Source: Acidobacteriota bacterium (lineage in GTDB: Bacteria; Acidobacteriota; Vicinamibacteria; Vicinamibacterales; CAVVIG01). Taken from it: a stretch of 44,575 nucleotides of DNA. The notes below the pieces were generated by a model that saw nothing but the letters and a program-made list of their open reading frames with translations, made no database searches and was not told where the DNA came from. The translations under genes and the position numbers were made by a program. The stretch is from the NCBI GenBank assembly GCA_046734915.1, contig JBKPSC010000231.1:1-44575 (forward strand), given 5' to 3'. Of the stretch, positions 35,871 through 44,575 are shown piece after piece. Numbering within the stretch: the first letter of the stretch is position 1; every line of letters starts with the position of its first letter.

Positions 35871-36032
35871 ATGATGTCGACACCACCTTGTCCGATTTGC
35901 CACTCGCCGCTCACCGAGCGATTGCCCTTTGGCAAGGAGCTGGACGACTATCCTGTCTACTCCTGTGGCGCATGTGGGCATGTTTGGCGCCAGCCCAGGG
36001 TCCCATCGCAGAATCCGGATACGAGCGACTGA
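35871..36032 (+). CDS. Small Zn-ribbon protein (53 aa), not in the ORF track
   Basis: Manual translation MMSTPPCPICHSPLTERLPFGKELDDYPVYSCGACGHVWRQPRVPSQNPDTSD*; ends 4 nt before the next GTG. Confidence 0.7.
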   Translation: MMSTPPCPICHSPLTERLPFGKELDDYPVYSCGACGHVWRQPRVPSQNPDTSD

Positions 36033-36036
36033 CTCA

Positions 36037-36495
36037 GTGAAGATCATTTCCGGTGGACAGACCGGCGCCGATCGCGGCGCTCTCGATGCAGCGCTGGATT
36101 GCGGATTCGAGGTCGGCGGTTGGGTTCCGCGTGGTCGTCTCGCTGAAGACGGGCGAATCGCCGATCGCTACTCGGGAATGATCGAGACCGAAAGCCCGGA
36201 TCCAGGCGAGCGCACACGCCGCAACGTTCGCGACGCCGCCGTAACAGTGATCGTCTCGCACGGCCCGCTCAGGGCCGGCTCGCAACTCACCCTCGACGAA
36301 GCCACTCGCCTGCGCAAGCCCGTGCTGCACCTGGATCTGGATGTGCTTGACCCTGACGCCGCCGTGATCCGTCTCCGCGAGTGGTTGGAGATCGAGCGGC
36401 CGGCGGTGCTGAACGTCGCCGGGCCTCGCGCCAGCGAGGACGCCGCGATCTACCTGGCGGTGAAGACGCTGATGTGCGAAGTGCTCGAGCCCTAA
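36037..36495 (+). CDS. SLOG superfamily protein (putative molybdenum carrier / circularly permuted YpsA-like)
   Basis: KIISGGQTGADRGALDAA, GGWVPRGRLAEDG, RTRRNVRDA, LNVAGPRASE. Confidence 0.88.
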   Translation: MKIISGGQTGADRGALDAALDCGFEVGGWVPRGRLAEDGRIADRYSGMIETESPDPGERTRRNVRDAAVTVIVSHGPLRAGSQLTLDEATRLRKPVLHLDLDVLDPDAAVIRLREWLEIERPAVLNVAGPRASEDAAIYLAVKTLMCEVLEP

Positions 36496-38027
36496 CTCAG
36501 AGCGTCGGCGATCGCGGCGACCAACGTGGCCGGCGGGACGGTCACGACGCTCGAGCGTGGCGAGCGTTGGTTTGAAATCTGATCGAGCGCGAGCGATCGG
36601 ACGGCCGGCGATCCGCCGAACGGGTGGCGACTCACGAGGAGATCGCACGAGCAGCCGTCGCCCAGCTCGGAGGCATCGCCTAGCGCGGTCACGCGCGCGC
36701 CCGAAGCCTCGAGCGTCGTCGACAGCAGCGTCCGCTGGAGGGCGTCTTCTTCGACGATGGTGATGCGGAGACTGCGCAGGATCGGCTCGCCGGGGTGTAC
36801 CGCCTGCAACCGCTGAACCGACGGCGAGGCGAGCGGCAGGGTGACCGAGAACGTCGCGCCACGGCCAGGGCCGTCGCTCGTCGCTTCCACTTCTCCATCA
36901 TGCAAGGCCACCACTTCCCGAGTGATCGACAGTCCGACGCCGAGCCCGCCGTGCTGCCGGCTGAGGCCGCTCTCGGCCTGCCGGAACTTGTCGAACACGT
37001 GCGGGAGGAACGAAGCCGCGATACCCGCGCCGTTGTCCCGAACGGCCGCGGTCACCGAACTCGGGCCGGCACTCCCGACGATGTCGACGCGTCCACCCGC
37101 CGGCGTGAACTGAACGGCGTTGGTCAGAAGGTTCGTGAACACCTGCTGCAGCCGCACCGAATCGCCACAGACGAGCGCCGACGGTGCGTTCACAACGAGC
37201 TCGATGCCCTTCCCGTCCGCGAGATGGCGAGCGGTATCGGCCGCGGTCTCGATCGCCTGACTGATGTCCAGCACCCGCAGCTCCAGGTGCATCTTGCCTT
37301 TGCTGATCCGCGAGACGTCGAGCAGATCGTTGATCAGCTGATTCTGCAGCTTGGCGCTGCGCTCTAGGCTGGCGAGCGCGCGCTCGCGCGCCGCTTCGCT
37401 CGGCGTCGAGTGCTTCAGCTGCCAGATCCAGCCGAGAATCGCGTTCATGGGCGTCCGGAGCTCGTGCGAGAGTCCGGCGAGAAACTCGTCCTTGAGGCTG
37501 TTCGCCCGTTCCGCCTCTTTACGCGCCGCCTGTTCTCGAATGGCGGCAGCCGCCAGCTCCCGCTCGACGTTCCGCACCCGGAGATGCGCACGGATCGTGG
37601 CTACGAGGACGTCGCTGTCGATGGGCTCAACGAGATATGCATCGGCGCCGGCGCCAAGCGAGCGGACCCGATCGGCGGTGGTGATGGCGGTATGCGACAC
37701 CTGGATGACCTGCACCGCCGGCGGCGTGGCCTCGGCCTTGAGCCGCGCGGCGATCTCGAAGCCCGAGATATCGGGAAGGTTGACGTCCAGCAGCACCAAA
37801 TCAGGATTCTGGCGGCGCGCGAGCTCCAGGGCGCCTTGGCCAGTCGCCGTATCGATCACCCTGAAGCCCGCGCGCATGAGGATCTGAAGTTTCACGAAGC
37901 GCCCGGCATCCTCGTCATCGACGACGAGAATGAGCGGCGGCTCCGGCGGCGCCGTGCCGGACTTGTCCGGCTCAACCATGCCGCGCTGCCGCGCCGCGCC
38001 GGCATCCGGTCCGTGATTCCCGCTCAT
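36492..38027 (-). CDS. Hybrid REC-histidine kinase with a degenerate C-terminal receiver
   Basis: ILVVDDE...LLDVNLPD, H-box LSHELRTPMNAI, NLLTNAVQFT, DNGAGI, GLGVGL. ATG 38027 overlaps the upstream TGA. Confidence 0.9.
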   Translation of the reverse strand: MSGNHGPDAGAARQRGMVEPDKSGTAPPEPPLILVVDDEDAGRFVKLQILMRAGFRVIDTATGQGALELARRQNPDLVLLDVNLPDISGFEIAARLKAEATPPAVQVIQVSHTAITTADRVRSLGAGADAYLVEPIDSDVLVATIRAHLRVRNVERELAAAAIREQAARKEAERANSLKDEFLAGLSHELRTPMNAILGWIWQLKHSTPSEAARERALASLERSAKLQNQLINDLLDVSRISKGKMHLELRVLDISQAIETAADTARHLADGKGIELVVNAPSALVCGDSVRLQQVFTNLLTNAVQFTPAGGRVDIVGSAGPSSVTAAVRDNGAGIAASFLPHVFDKFRQAESGLSRQHGGLGVGLSITREVVALHDGEVEATSDGPGRGATFSVTLPLASPSVQRLQAVHPGEPILRSLRITIVEEDALQRTLLSTTLEASGARVTALGDASELGDGCSCDLLVSRHPFGGSPAVRSLALDQISNQRSPRSSVVTVPPATLVAAIADALS

Positions 38028-40120
38028 CACGGCCGCTCCAACGTCTCGAGAATCGCCGATTGCAACGCCATGCGGCTCAGTCCGGATTTCGACAGGATAC
38101 GAGTCGGTCCCAGGATTCGCCGCTGATCGGCGTCGAGCACCTGCGCGGTGATGACGATGATCGGGACGTGGGCCGTGACGCTGCCGGCCCGAAGGCGTTC
38201 GACCAGCTCCACGCCGTCGATGTCTCCGAGGTGAATGTCGACCAGCAGGATGTCCGGGGCCAGTTCCTCCGCCCGCTGAAGGCCCTCGCGTCCAGTCGAG
38301 GCCTCGATGATTTCGTGGCCGCGATCCTTCAACAGCTCGCGCACGATGTAGCGCGACGTCTCCTCGTCGTCTACCACCAGCACCCGCAGGGCCTTGGCCG
38401 GCACCAGCGTGTCGAGAGTGTTGAGCAGCCAGGCGCGATCGATGGGCTTCACCGCGTAGGCGTCGGCGCCGAGTGCAAGACCCTTCTGCGCGTCGTCGAT
38501 CGAGGACCCGATGATGAGCGGAATGGATTGTGTCTCCGGATCCTGCTTGAGGCGCGCGACCATGTTCCACGCCTCTTCGCCCTGAAGCCGGAGATCGAGG
38601 ATGATCGCCGCCGGCCTGGCGACCGACAGCGCGAATTCGGCGGCGACGAGCGAGCGGGCGGGCACGACCTGGAATCGGCCCGTCGCAAGCAGCCGCTCGT
38701 AGACGAGCATGTCCTCGTCGCTGTCGTCGATGACCAGCACCGGAACCCGACCGGGCTGCAGGACGATCGGCGTGCCGCTGCCATGATGCCGATAGAGGAT
38801 CGGAATCGTCGCGTAGAAAGTCGATCCGACGCCGAGCGTGCTCTGCACGCCGATCGTCCCGCCAAGCAGCTCGCACAGCCGCTTCGACAGTGACAACCCA
38901 AGGCCGGTGCCTTTGGTGCGGCGCTGCAGCGGATTTTCGATCTGCGCGAACTCCTCGAATACGCGCTCCAGGTGCTCCGGCGGAATACCAATGCCGGTGT
39001 CGGCAACCGAGAACACCACCGCCTTGCCCGATTCGGTTCGGCGCGCGCCGACCCGCACCTCGCCCGTCTCGGTGTACTTCAACGCGTTGGAGATGAAATT
39101 GCGCAGGACCTGCGACACCTTGCTCTCGTCCGAGAAGAGCGGCGGCAAATCGTCCGGATCCTCGAAGACGAGCGAGAGCGACTGATTGATGAGCAGCGGA
39201 CGCAACATCCCGCGCAAGGCGCCGAACAGGCTTCGGACTTCGAACGGCGCTGGACGCACTTCGATTTTTCCGGCCTCGACCTTCGCGATGTCGAGCAAGT
39301 CGTTCACGAGATCCGACAGCTGCTCGGCCGATCGACGAATGTAGAAGATCTCGTTCTTTTCGTCCTTGTCCGACTGGAGGCGCTCGGCGAGCAGGCCGGT
39401 CAACGCGATAATCGAGTTGACCGGCGTCCTGAATTCGTGAGTCATGTTGGACAAGAACCGGGTCTTGAGCTCGTCGGCGCGCCGCAGGTGGTTCGCTCGC
39501 TCATCGAGCTCGGCGTACAAAGCGACGACGCCACGGTTCGTGTCTTCGAGCTCGCGGTTGACGCGTTCGAGCTCCCCGCGACGCGCATTCAACTCGTCGA
39601 GCAGGCGCAACAGCTCACGATTCTGCGCCTGCACTTCCTCGAGCGCGCCGACCGGGCGCTCCCGACTCAGCGACTGGCTCAAGGCGGCCACCTGGCCCGG
39701 GCTCAACGGGTCGACGTTCCGCGGCAGAATCTTGCACATCGTCACGGCCGTGCCGGTCGCCGTGGACTGGATGTCGAACCGATCCATGAGACGCCGGGTG
39801 CCGACAATGCCAAGGCCCATGCCGCTCGACGACCTGTAGCTGCCGCTCAGCACGGCGTCGAGGGCGGTGACTCCAGGGCCGCTATCCGTGACGCGAATAC
39901 ACAGCACTTGCGGCGGGGTCACGCCTTCGAGCGAGAACTCGACCCGGCCTCCAGAAGCGTAGGCGTACGCGTTCCTGGCGATTTCCGACACTGCCGTGGC
40001 GATGCGCGTCTGCTCGGTGATGTCGAAGCCGAGCTCCGCAGAGATCTGGCGCGCCCGTTGCCGCGCCGACACAATGTCGTGCTCGTGGAGAATCCGTGAT
40101 GACAGCAGCAGTGTGCTCAC
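38027..40120 (-). CDS. RsbT-like HATPase-coiled coil-histidine kinase-REC-REC hybrid
   Basis: N-terminal ATAVSEIARNA...DSGPG...GMGLG, H-box MTHEFRTPVN, NFISNALKYT, DTGIGI, and two receivers (ILDLRL, LVDIHL). Confidence 0.92.
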   Translation of the reverse strand: MSTLLLSSRILHEHDIVSARQRARQISAELGFDITEQTRIATAVSEIARNAYAYASGGRVEFSLEGVTPPQVLCIRVTDSGPGVTALDAVLSGSYRSSSGMGLGIVGTRRLMDRFDIQSTATGTAVTMCKILPRNVDPLSPGQVAALSQSLSRERPVGALEEVQAQNRELLRLLDELNARRGELERVNRELEDTNRGVVALYAELDERANHLRRADELKTRFLSNMTHEFRTPVNSIIALTGLLAERLQSDKDEKNEIFYIRRSAEQLSDLVNDLLDIAKVEAGKIEVRPAPFEVRSLFGALRGMLRPLLINQSLSLVFEDPDDLPPLFSDESKVSQVLRNFISNALKYTETGEVRVGARRTESGKAVVFSVADTGIGIPPEHLERVFEEFAQIENPLQRRTKGTGLGLSLSKRLCELLGGTIGVQSTLGVGSTFYATIPILYRHHGSGTPIVLQPGRVPVLVIDDSDEDMLVYERLLATGRFQVVPARSLVAAEFALSVARPAAIILDLRLQGEEAWNMVARLKQDPETQSIPLIIGSSIDDAQKGLALGADAYAVKPIDRAWLLNTLDTLVPAKALRVLVVDDEETSRYIVRELLKDRGHEIIEASTGREGLQRAEELAPDILLVDIHLGDIDGVELVERLRAGSVTAHVPIIVITAQVLDADQRRILGPTRILSKSGLSRMALQSAILETLERP

Positions 40121-41133
40121 GCCGCTTCCCGTGCAACCAACACCGTTACGTCGTCGCGCCCGCGGGCGAGGTCTCGGTAGAGCGTCGCCGCGATGAGCGC
40201 GGGATGCCGGGCTCGAAGGCCCGGATAGCTATCGAGCGACCAATGAGCGCTCAGACCGTCTGAATGCATGACGAGAACGGATCCTTGCTCCCATGGGTAG
40301 GTGTAGTCACGAAAATATTGTGCCCGGTGACCGAGCGTCCCAGTATGGCAGACCGTTTGCCGTGTCGCCGTGGTGCCGCAGATGGCCCCGACGATGTTGC
40401 CGACGCCGGCGAACCGGACGACCCGCTCCGCGGAGCGGACATCGGCAATCGCCGCGGCCGCGCCGCGCGTGTGGCGCAGGGCCTGATGAATGCGCTCCAG
40501 CGCTTCGGATGGCTCCCGCATCGGCGACGCGACGAACGCACCCACCGCCGCCATCGATGCGTCGGCGGCATGCAGCCCGTGGCCAAGGCCATCGGCCACC
40601 AGCATGCTGACGCCGCTCGGCCGCGACTGTGTTTGCCAGCGGTCGCCGCAGACCGTTTCGCCCTTCTTGGCCAGCGACACGGCGCCGACGGCCATCGGAT
40701 CCTGCAGCTCCGCACGCCGGCGATTCATACACAGGCGCGCCATCACCGTCGTCCCGCGGCCGGGCAGTGAGTACACGTCGAAGCTGTCGGACAGGCGGCG
40801 GATCGCGCCGAGGCCGGTGCCGCTCGACCCGGCCGTCGAGTAGCCATCCTCGAGGCTGCGGTGCACGTCGGCCATTCCAGGTCCGCGATCGACGGACAAG
40901 ATCTCGATTTCAGCGTAGGCGCCAGTGGCCACCACCCGCATCAGGAGCTCGCCGTGGCCGGCGGGCGCATGCTTGAGCAGGTTGGTGGCCATCTCCGTGG
41001 CGACAAGCCCCACGCGGTGCGCGTCGGTGGCGTCGAAGCCAGCCGAGGCGGCCAGCTCGGTGGCGCAAGCACGGCTGGCGCCGGTCTGACTGGAGTCAGC
41101 GCCCACGAGCACCTGCAGATGCGCCGCGCTCAC
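40117..41133 (-). CDS. HATPase-PP2C (SpoIIE) phosphatase fusion, RsbX-like
   Basis: ATEMATNLLKH, DRGPGM, GTGLG; PP2C motifs CGD, VADGLGHG, MHSDGL, DDVTVLV. Start at GTG 41133 or 41139. Confidence 0.9.
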   Translation of the reverse strand: MSAAHLQVLVGADSSQTGASRACATELAASAGFDATDAHRVGLVATEMATNLLKHAPAGHGELLMRVVATGAYAEIEILSVDRGPGMADVHRSLEDGYSTAGSSGTGLGAIRRLSDSFDVYSLPGRGTTVMARLCMNRRRAELQDPMAVGAVSLAKKGETVCGDRWQTQSRPSGVSMLVADGLGHGLHAADASMAAVGAFVASPMREPSEALERIHQALRHTRGAAAAIADVRSAERVVRFAGVGNIVGAICGTTATRQTVCHTGTLGHRAQYFRDYTYPWEQGSVLVMHSDGLSAHWSLDSYPGLRARHPALIAATLYRDLARGRDDVTVLVAREAA

Positions 41134-41531
41134 TTCCACCTCGCAATCACGACGCGGGTACCAGCGGGAGTCGAGGCGATGTGAAACTCGTTGGAGAGGC
41201 GCTTGGCGCCCGACAGACCCAGGCCGAGACCGACGCCGCTCGTATATCCATCGGTCATCGCGAGCTCGATGTTCGGGATGCCTGGACCATGATCCTCAAA
41301 CGTCAGCCGCAGCCCTTTCCGGACGCCATCGGCCAGGCTCTCGATGAGTGCCTCCCCGCCGCCTCCATGGACGAGCGTGTTGCGCGCGAGCTCGCTCGCC
41401 GCCGTCACAATCTTGGTCTGATCGACCAGACTGAATCCGAGCGCCACGGCGTGTCGCCGGACGGCCTGTCGAACGATCACCACATGGTCCGCTTTCGTAA
41501 TCGGCAGCGACTCACAAACTCCGGCGGTCAT
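41130..41531 (-). CDS. rsbT: Stressosome Ser/Thr kinase RsbT
   Basis: LGFSLVDQTKIVTAASELARNTL, EDHGPGI, DGYTSG, GLGLGLSGAKRL. Start at ATG 41531. Confidence 0.93.
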   Translation of the reverse strand: MTAGVCESLPITKADHVVIVRQAVRRHAVALGFSLVDQTKIVTAASELARNTLVHGGGGEALIESLADGVRKGLRLTFEDHGPGIPNIELAMTDGYTSGVGLGLGLSGAKRLSNEFHIASTPAGTRVVIARWK

Positions 41532-41904
41532 ACCCGTTGTCCCGATCGCCTTCGCGGGTCGCGGCGAGCAGCGCCATGCCCTTTTCGACGTCGAGCGCGG
41601 TGCGAACGCCCTCCAGGGACATGCCCAGTTCCACCAACGTGATCGCCACAGCCGGGCGCATGCCGACGACAACAGTTTCCGCGTCGAGCACGCGGACCAT
41701 CGCCGCGATGTTGCCAAGCATGCGGCCGATGAACGAGTCGACCATCTCGAGGGCCGAGATGTCGATGAGCACTCCCTGCGCCGCGGTCTCGGTGATGCGC
41801 GTGGTGAGATCGTCCTGGAGCTGGAGCGCCAGCTGATCGTGCATGTCGACCTGGATCGACACCAGCAGACAGGACCCGAGCTTGATGATCGGAATGCGTT
41901 CCAC
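41512..41904 (-). CDS. rsbS: Stressosome STAS protein RsbS
   Basis: LLVSIQVD, GVLIDISALEMVDSFIGR (phospho-Ser), VGMRPAVAITLVELG. Confidence 0.95.
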   Translation of the reverse strand: MERIPIIKLGSCLLVSIQVDMHDQLALQLQDDLTTRITETAAQGVLIDISALEMVDSFIGRMLGNIAAMVRVLDAETVVVGMRPAVAITLVELGMSLEGVRTALDVEKGMALLAATREGDRDNGYDRRSL

Positions 41905-41906
41905 GG

Positions 41907-42803
41907 CTACATCGACTGGCGCGCGGGCGGCTGGCTGGTGCCGCCATTCGGCGAGTCCGCCTGCGTGATGGTGAGCCTGAGCCGCCTCAGCGCCACCGAA
42001 AATGCGTCAGCCAGAGTGGCCTTGGTCGTGACCGAGTTCAAGTCGACACCGAGATGCACGATGGTCTGCGCGATCTGCGGCCGGATGCCGCTGATGATGC
42101 AGTCGGCGCCCATCAGTCGCGCTGCGGCGACGGTTTTCAGAAGATGCTGCGCGACGAGCGTGTCGACCGTCGGCACGCCGGTGATGTCGAGGATGGCAAT
42201 GAGTGAGCCGGTCTCGACGATCCGCTGGAGCAGGCTCTCCATGACCACTTGCGTTCGTGCGCTGTCGAGGGTGCCGATCAATGGCAATGCGAGGACGCCC
42301 TTCCAGAGCGTGACGACCGGTGTCGACAGCTCGAGCATCTCCTGCTGCTGACGCGCAATCATCTCGTTCCGCGCCCGCTGATATATCTCGGTCGTGAACA
42401 AGCCCAGGTCGTCGAGAACGCGGGTCATGGTCCATACGTCCTCGGCCAGGTACTCCGCATCTTTGGTGCGCTTGGCGATGTGGCTGAAGAGCGGCTGCTT
42501 CAACGAGAAGATGAACGTGGCCGTTTCACTCGGGCTGAAGCCTCGCGCGGCGCGCGATGCCGACAGGCGCTGGAGGTGCTCGCGGACCGGCGCCCAGCCG
42601 TCGGCACGGATGTCCAGGTTGTCGGTCGTCAGCGCCCGCGAAAACGCCGCAAGGAAACTGGTGGACTCACGCAGGAGATCGTCCTCATTGATGAGATCGG
42701 GGCGCGCGCCGGCTGCCTGCAGTTGCAACGGCACCCAGTCACTCAGAATCTCGCGATGATGTGTCTGGACCAAATCCTTGAATCGACTGTTCGTGAGGGC
42801 CAT
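41907..42803 (-). CDS. rsbR: Stressosome sensor RsbR (RsbRD-type N-terminal domain plus STAS)
   Basis: SRAARGFSPSETATFIFSLK, ELSTPVV, LPLIGTLDSART, LDITGVPTVDTLVAQHL, ISGIRPQIAQTIVHLG. Confidence 0.95.
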   Translation of the reverse strand: MALTNSRFKDLVQTHHREILSDWVPLQLQAAGARPDLINEDDLLRESTSFLAAFSRALTTDNLDIRADGWAPVREHLQRLSASRAARGFSPSETATFIFSLKQPLFSHIAKRTKDAEYLAEDVWTMTRVLDDLGLFTTEIYQRARNEMIARQQQEMLELSTPVVTLWKGVLALPLIGTLDSARTQVVMESLLQRIVETGSLIAILDITGVPTVDTLVAQHLLKTVAAARLMGADCIISGIRPQIAQTIVHLGVDLNSVTTKATLADAFSVALRRLRLTITQADSPNGGTSQPPARQSM

Positions 42804-42935
42804 CAACCAACCTCTGCCATGAGTATCGTGGCGGGGATGGATATTACGTCAATTCCAGTTGAGACTGCTGCAAGGCACGCGGCTTCAGACCGCGCTTTCG
42901 TGGATTGACTGTTCGAGTGAACATGTTCATCGAGC

Positions 42936-43385
42936 ATGACTGGTTGGGCCCGGCAAGGCACGTCAGTCGAGGAAGGCCGCCACCTCGTTCTCTACGATGG
43001 CGTCTGCGGATTGTGCAGCCGCCTGCTGCAATTCCTGCTCGAGCACGATCGCCGGCGCGTCTTCAGTTTTGCGTCCCTTCAGGGCGGGAGAGGTCGCGCC
43101 ACCGTCGCCCGGTGGGGCGGCAACCCCGACGAATTGACCACGTTTCATGTGATCGTGAACTTCCAAACGGCGGACGCCCGGATGCTGACCAAGGGCGCGG
43201 CCGCCGTGTTCGTGGCCGGTGAGCTAGGGTGGCCCTGGAAGGCGATGCGACTGGCCGGCATTCTACCGGTATGGCTCCTGAACTGCGCGTACGACGCTGT
43301 CGCACGATCGCGATATCGCGTCTTCGGCCGCTACGACCAGTGTCTGCTGCCGCGCCCGGAATTTCGCAGCCGCTTCATCGAGTAG
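42936..43385 (+). CDS. DCC1-like thiol-disulfide oxidoreductase (DUF393)
   Basis: VLYDGVCGLC (DxxCxxC), FASLQ, YDAVARSRYRVFG, RSRFI. Confidence 0.92.
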   Translation: MTGWARQGTSVEEGRHLVLYDGVCGLCSRLLQFLLEHDRRRVFSFASLQGGRGRATVARWGGNPDELTTFHVIVNFQTADARMLTKGAAAVFVAGELGWPWKAMRLAGILPVWLLNCAYDAVARSRYRVFGRYDQCLLPRPEFRSRFIE

Positions 43386-43409
43386 TGCGGCGGAGGTGAG
43401 AAAAAGCTC

Positions 43410-44096
43410 TCAGGAGCTCAGTCCCACCGCTCTGTCGCCGTTGCCGTTGATGAACGCCGTTGCGGCCTGGACCACTTCCTCTTGCGAAGGGACCTTGCCG
43501 ACACCGGCCACACCCTCTTTGGCGCACTCGATGTACGCCCAGCGGACGATGCCGTCGCGGTCGATGAGAAACTGCCCCCTCATCTGCGGAAATGTCGCCT
43601 CCCAATCGCGCTGATCTATCGGCGTAGGCTGGTAGAGGTCCAACGCCGCGAGCGCGGCTCCGGCCGCGGAAACCGGGAGGGGAGCCGGCAGCTCTCCCGT
43701 CGGGTTGACGTAGGTCTGCTCCAGCTGCTCCATCAACTGAGGCGTCAGCTCGATGTGAGGCACTCCGTACGATCGGTGGCTGGTCAGCTGCGGGTCGGCG
43801 CCGATGACCAGGCGCGTCGGCCTGAACTTGAAATACAGCCGGGCGTTGTCGAGTTCCGTCCCCACAATGGCCAACGAGTCGACGCCAAGCGACTTCAGAC
43901 GCTCGGACGTGGTTCCCATGTGGGCCAGCGCGCGCCGGCAGAACGGACAATACATACCCGGGAACAAACCCAGGAGGAGCGGGGTCCTTCCCCGGTAGTC
44001 GGCCAGGGAAATCGTCCGTTCCTCGCTCACGGCAGGCACCACGAAGTCAGGTGCAGGTTCGCCGGGCTGCACTGAGGACTGAACTGACTGCGACAT
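43410..44096 (-). CDS. AhpC/TSA family redoxin (CxxC)
   Basis: PGEPAPDF, ISLADYRG, CPFCRR, QFLIDRDGIVRW. Confidence 0.85.
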   Translation of the reverse strand: MSQSVQSSVQPGEPAPDFVVPAVSEERTISLADYRGRTPLLLGLFPGMYCPFCRRALAHMGTTSERLKSLGVDSLAIVGTELDNARLYFKFRPTRLVIGADPQLTSHRSYGVPHIELTPQLMEQLEQTYVNPTGELPAPLPVSAAGAALAALDLYQPTPIDQRDWEATFPQMRGQFLIDRDGIVRWAYIECAKEGVAGVGKVPSQEEVVQAATAFINGNGDRAVGLSS

Positions 44097-44134
44097 AAGA
44101 CTCCCCGTTTCGATGAGTCGTTGATTCTACACGG

Positions 44135-44575
44135 TCAACATAAGAACGGAAGCAACAGGAGCGCATCTGGATCGAGGCCCGTCCGCTCGCAGAGGACCCT
44201 GGCCTTCTCCATGTATTCCTCGGCTTTGGCCCGATCGCCGCGATCGAGGTGGATCGTCGCCAGGCCGTCGTAACACGGCAGGATCAGCTGCGGTTCGCCG
44301 ATTTTCTCGGCGAGGGCAAGCGCCTCGCGGTATTCCTCCTGCGCCTTGAGGAGCTCCCCGCGGCATTGGTGAATCTGCGCCATCACGACCAGCGGCACCG
44401 CGAGGTGGTCCAGCTGCCCAAGCTCCCGGTCGAGAGCCGCCGCCGCCTGCGCCGCCTCCAGACCCTCGGTCTCGCACCTGTCTGTCAGAGCGCAGTAGGC
44501 CGTCGCGAGGTTCGCGTAGATGTACGACTGGAGCGAAGCCGCGCCAATCTTCGACGCCAGCTCGAGTCCGGTCAG
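44135..44575 (-). CDS. C-terminal TPR region of a larger protein (5' end outside the window)
   Basis: The frame is open to the window edge: LTGLELASKIGAASLQSYIYANLATAYC...YREALALAEKIGEPQ...LATIHLDRGDRAKAEEYMEKA, a TPR-like helical repeat pattern. Confidence 0.8.
   Translation of the reverse strand: MTGLELASKIGAASLQSYIYANLATAYCALTDRCETEGLEAAQAAAALDRELGQLDHLAVPLVVMAQIHQCRGELLKAQEEYREALALAEKIGEPQLILPCYDGLATIHLDRGDRAKAEEYMEKARVLCERTGLDPDALLLLPFLC

Noticed and set aside
38028-38876. Long Arg-rich N-terminal extension of the 794-aa kinase ORF
   Set aside because: Out-of-frame overlap with the upstream hybrid kinase; the real start is ATG 38027 at the TGATG junction. The same reasoning applies to the extensions of the MutS-like, M20, addA and rsbT ORFs.

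Overview
GC-rich bacterial chromosome segment with no rRNA, tRNA, CRISPR array or mobile element visible. The gene content (archaeal-type asd, carboxypeptidase-domain TonB-dependent receptor, 'MIGRTVSHYRI' Ser/Thr kinase) suggests Acidobacteriota, probably Vicinamibacteria; this is an inference. In order, it holds: a 5'-truncated amidase; a minus-strand asd-dapB-dapA-M20 deacylase-MutS-like-DUF1801 operon; a GAF hybrid histidine kinase and an alpha/beta hydrolase; mrp/apbC with an M16 peptidase pair; a cluster of tiny Zn-ribbon and DnaJ-fragment genes; an addB/addA-like pair; an S9 peptidase, TonB-dependent receptor and hydrolase; yciI, a beta-barrel and a Ser/Thr kinase; GNAT, ROK kinase and SLOG genes; a complete stressosome operon (rsbR-rsbS-rsbT, phosphatase, two hybrid kinases); and DCC, AhpC-like and partial TPR genes. 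The best candidate for something new is the ~210-nt leader of the asd-dap operon. It has a near-consensus sigma70 promoter, a 26-codon uORF, mutually exclusive 1:2, 2:3 and 3:4 helices and a U9 intrinsic terminator, which points to an attenuator or riboswitch that does not match the canonical lysine riboswitch. Other notable features are a family of intergenic 7/8-mer tandem repeats (some forming large inverted arrays), an AddA lacking its nuclease domain, an unlisted 53-aa Zn-ribbon gene, and repeated signs of leaderless transcription. Product calls come from motif recognition only; no searches were run.
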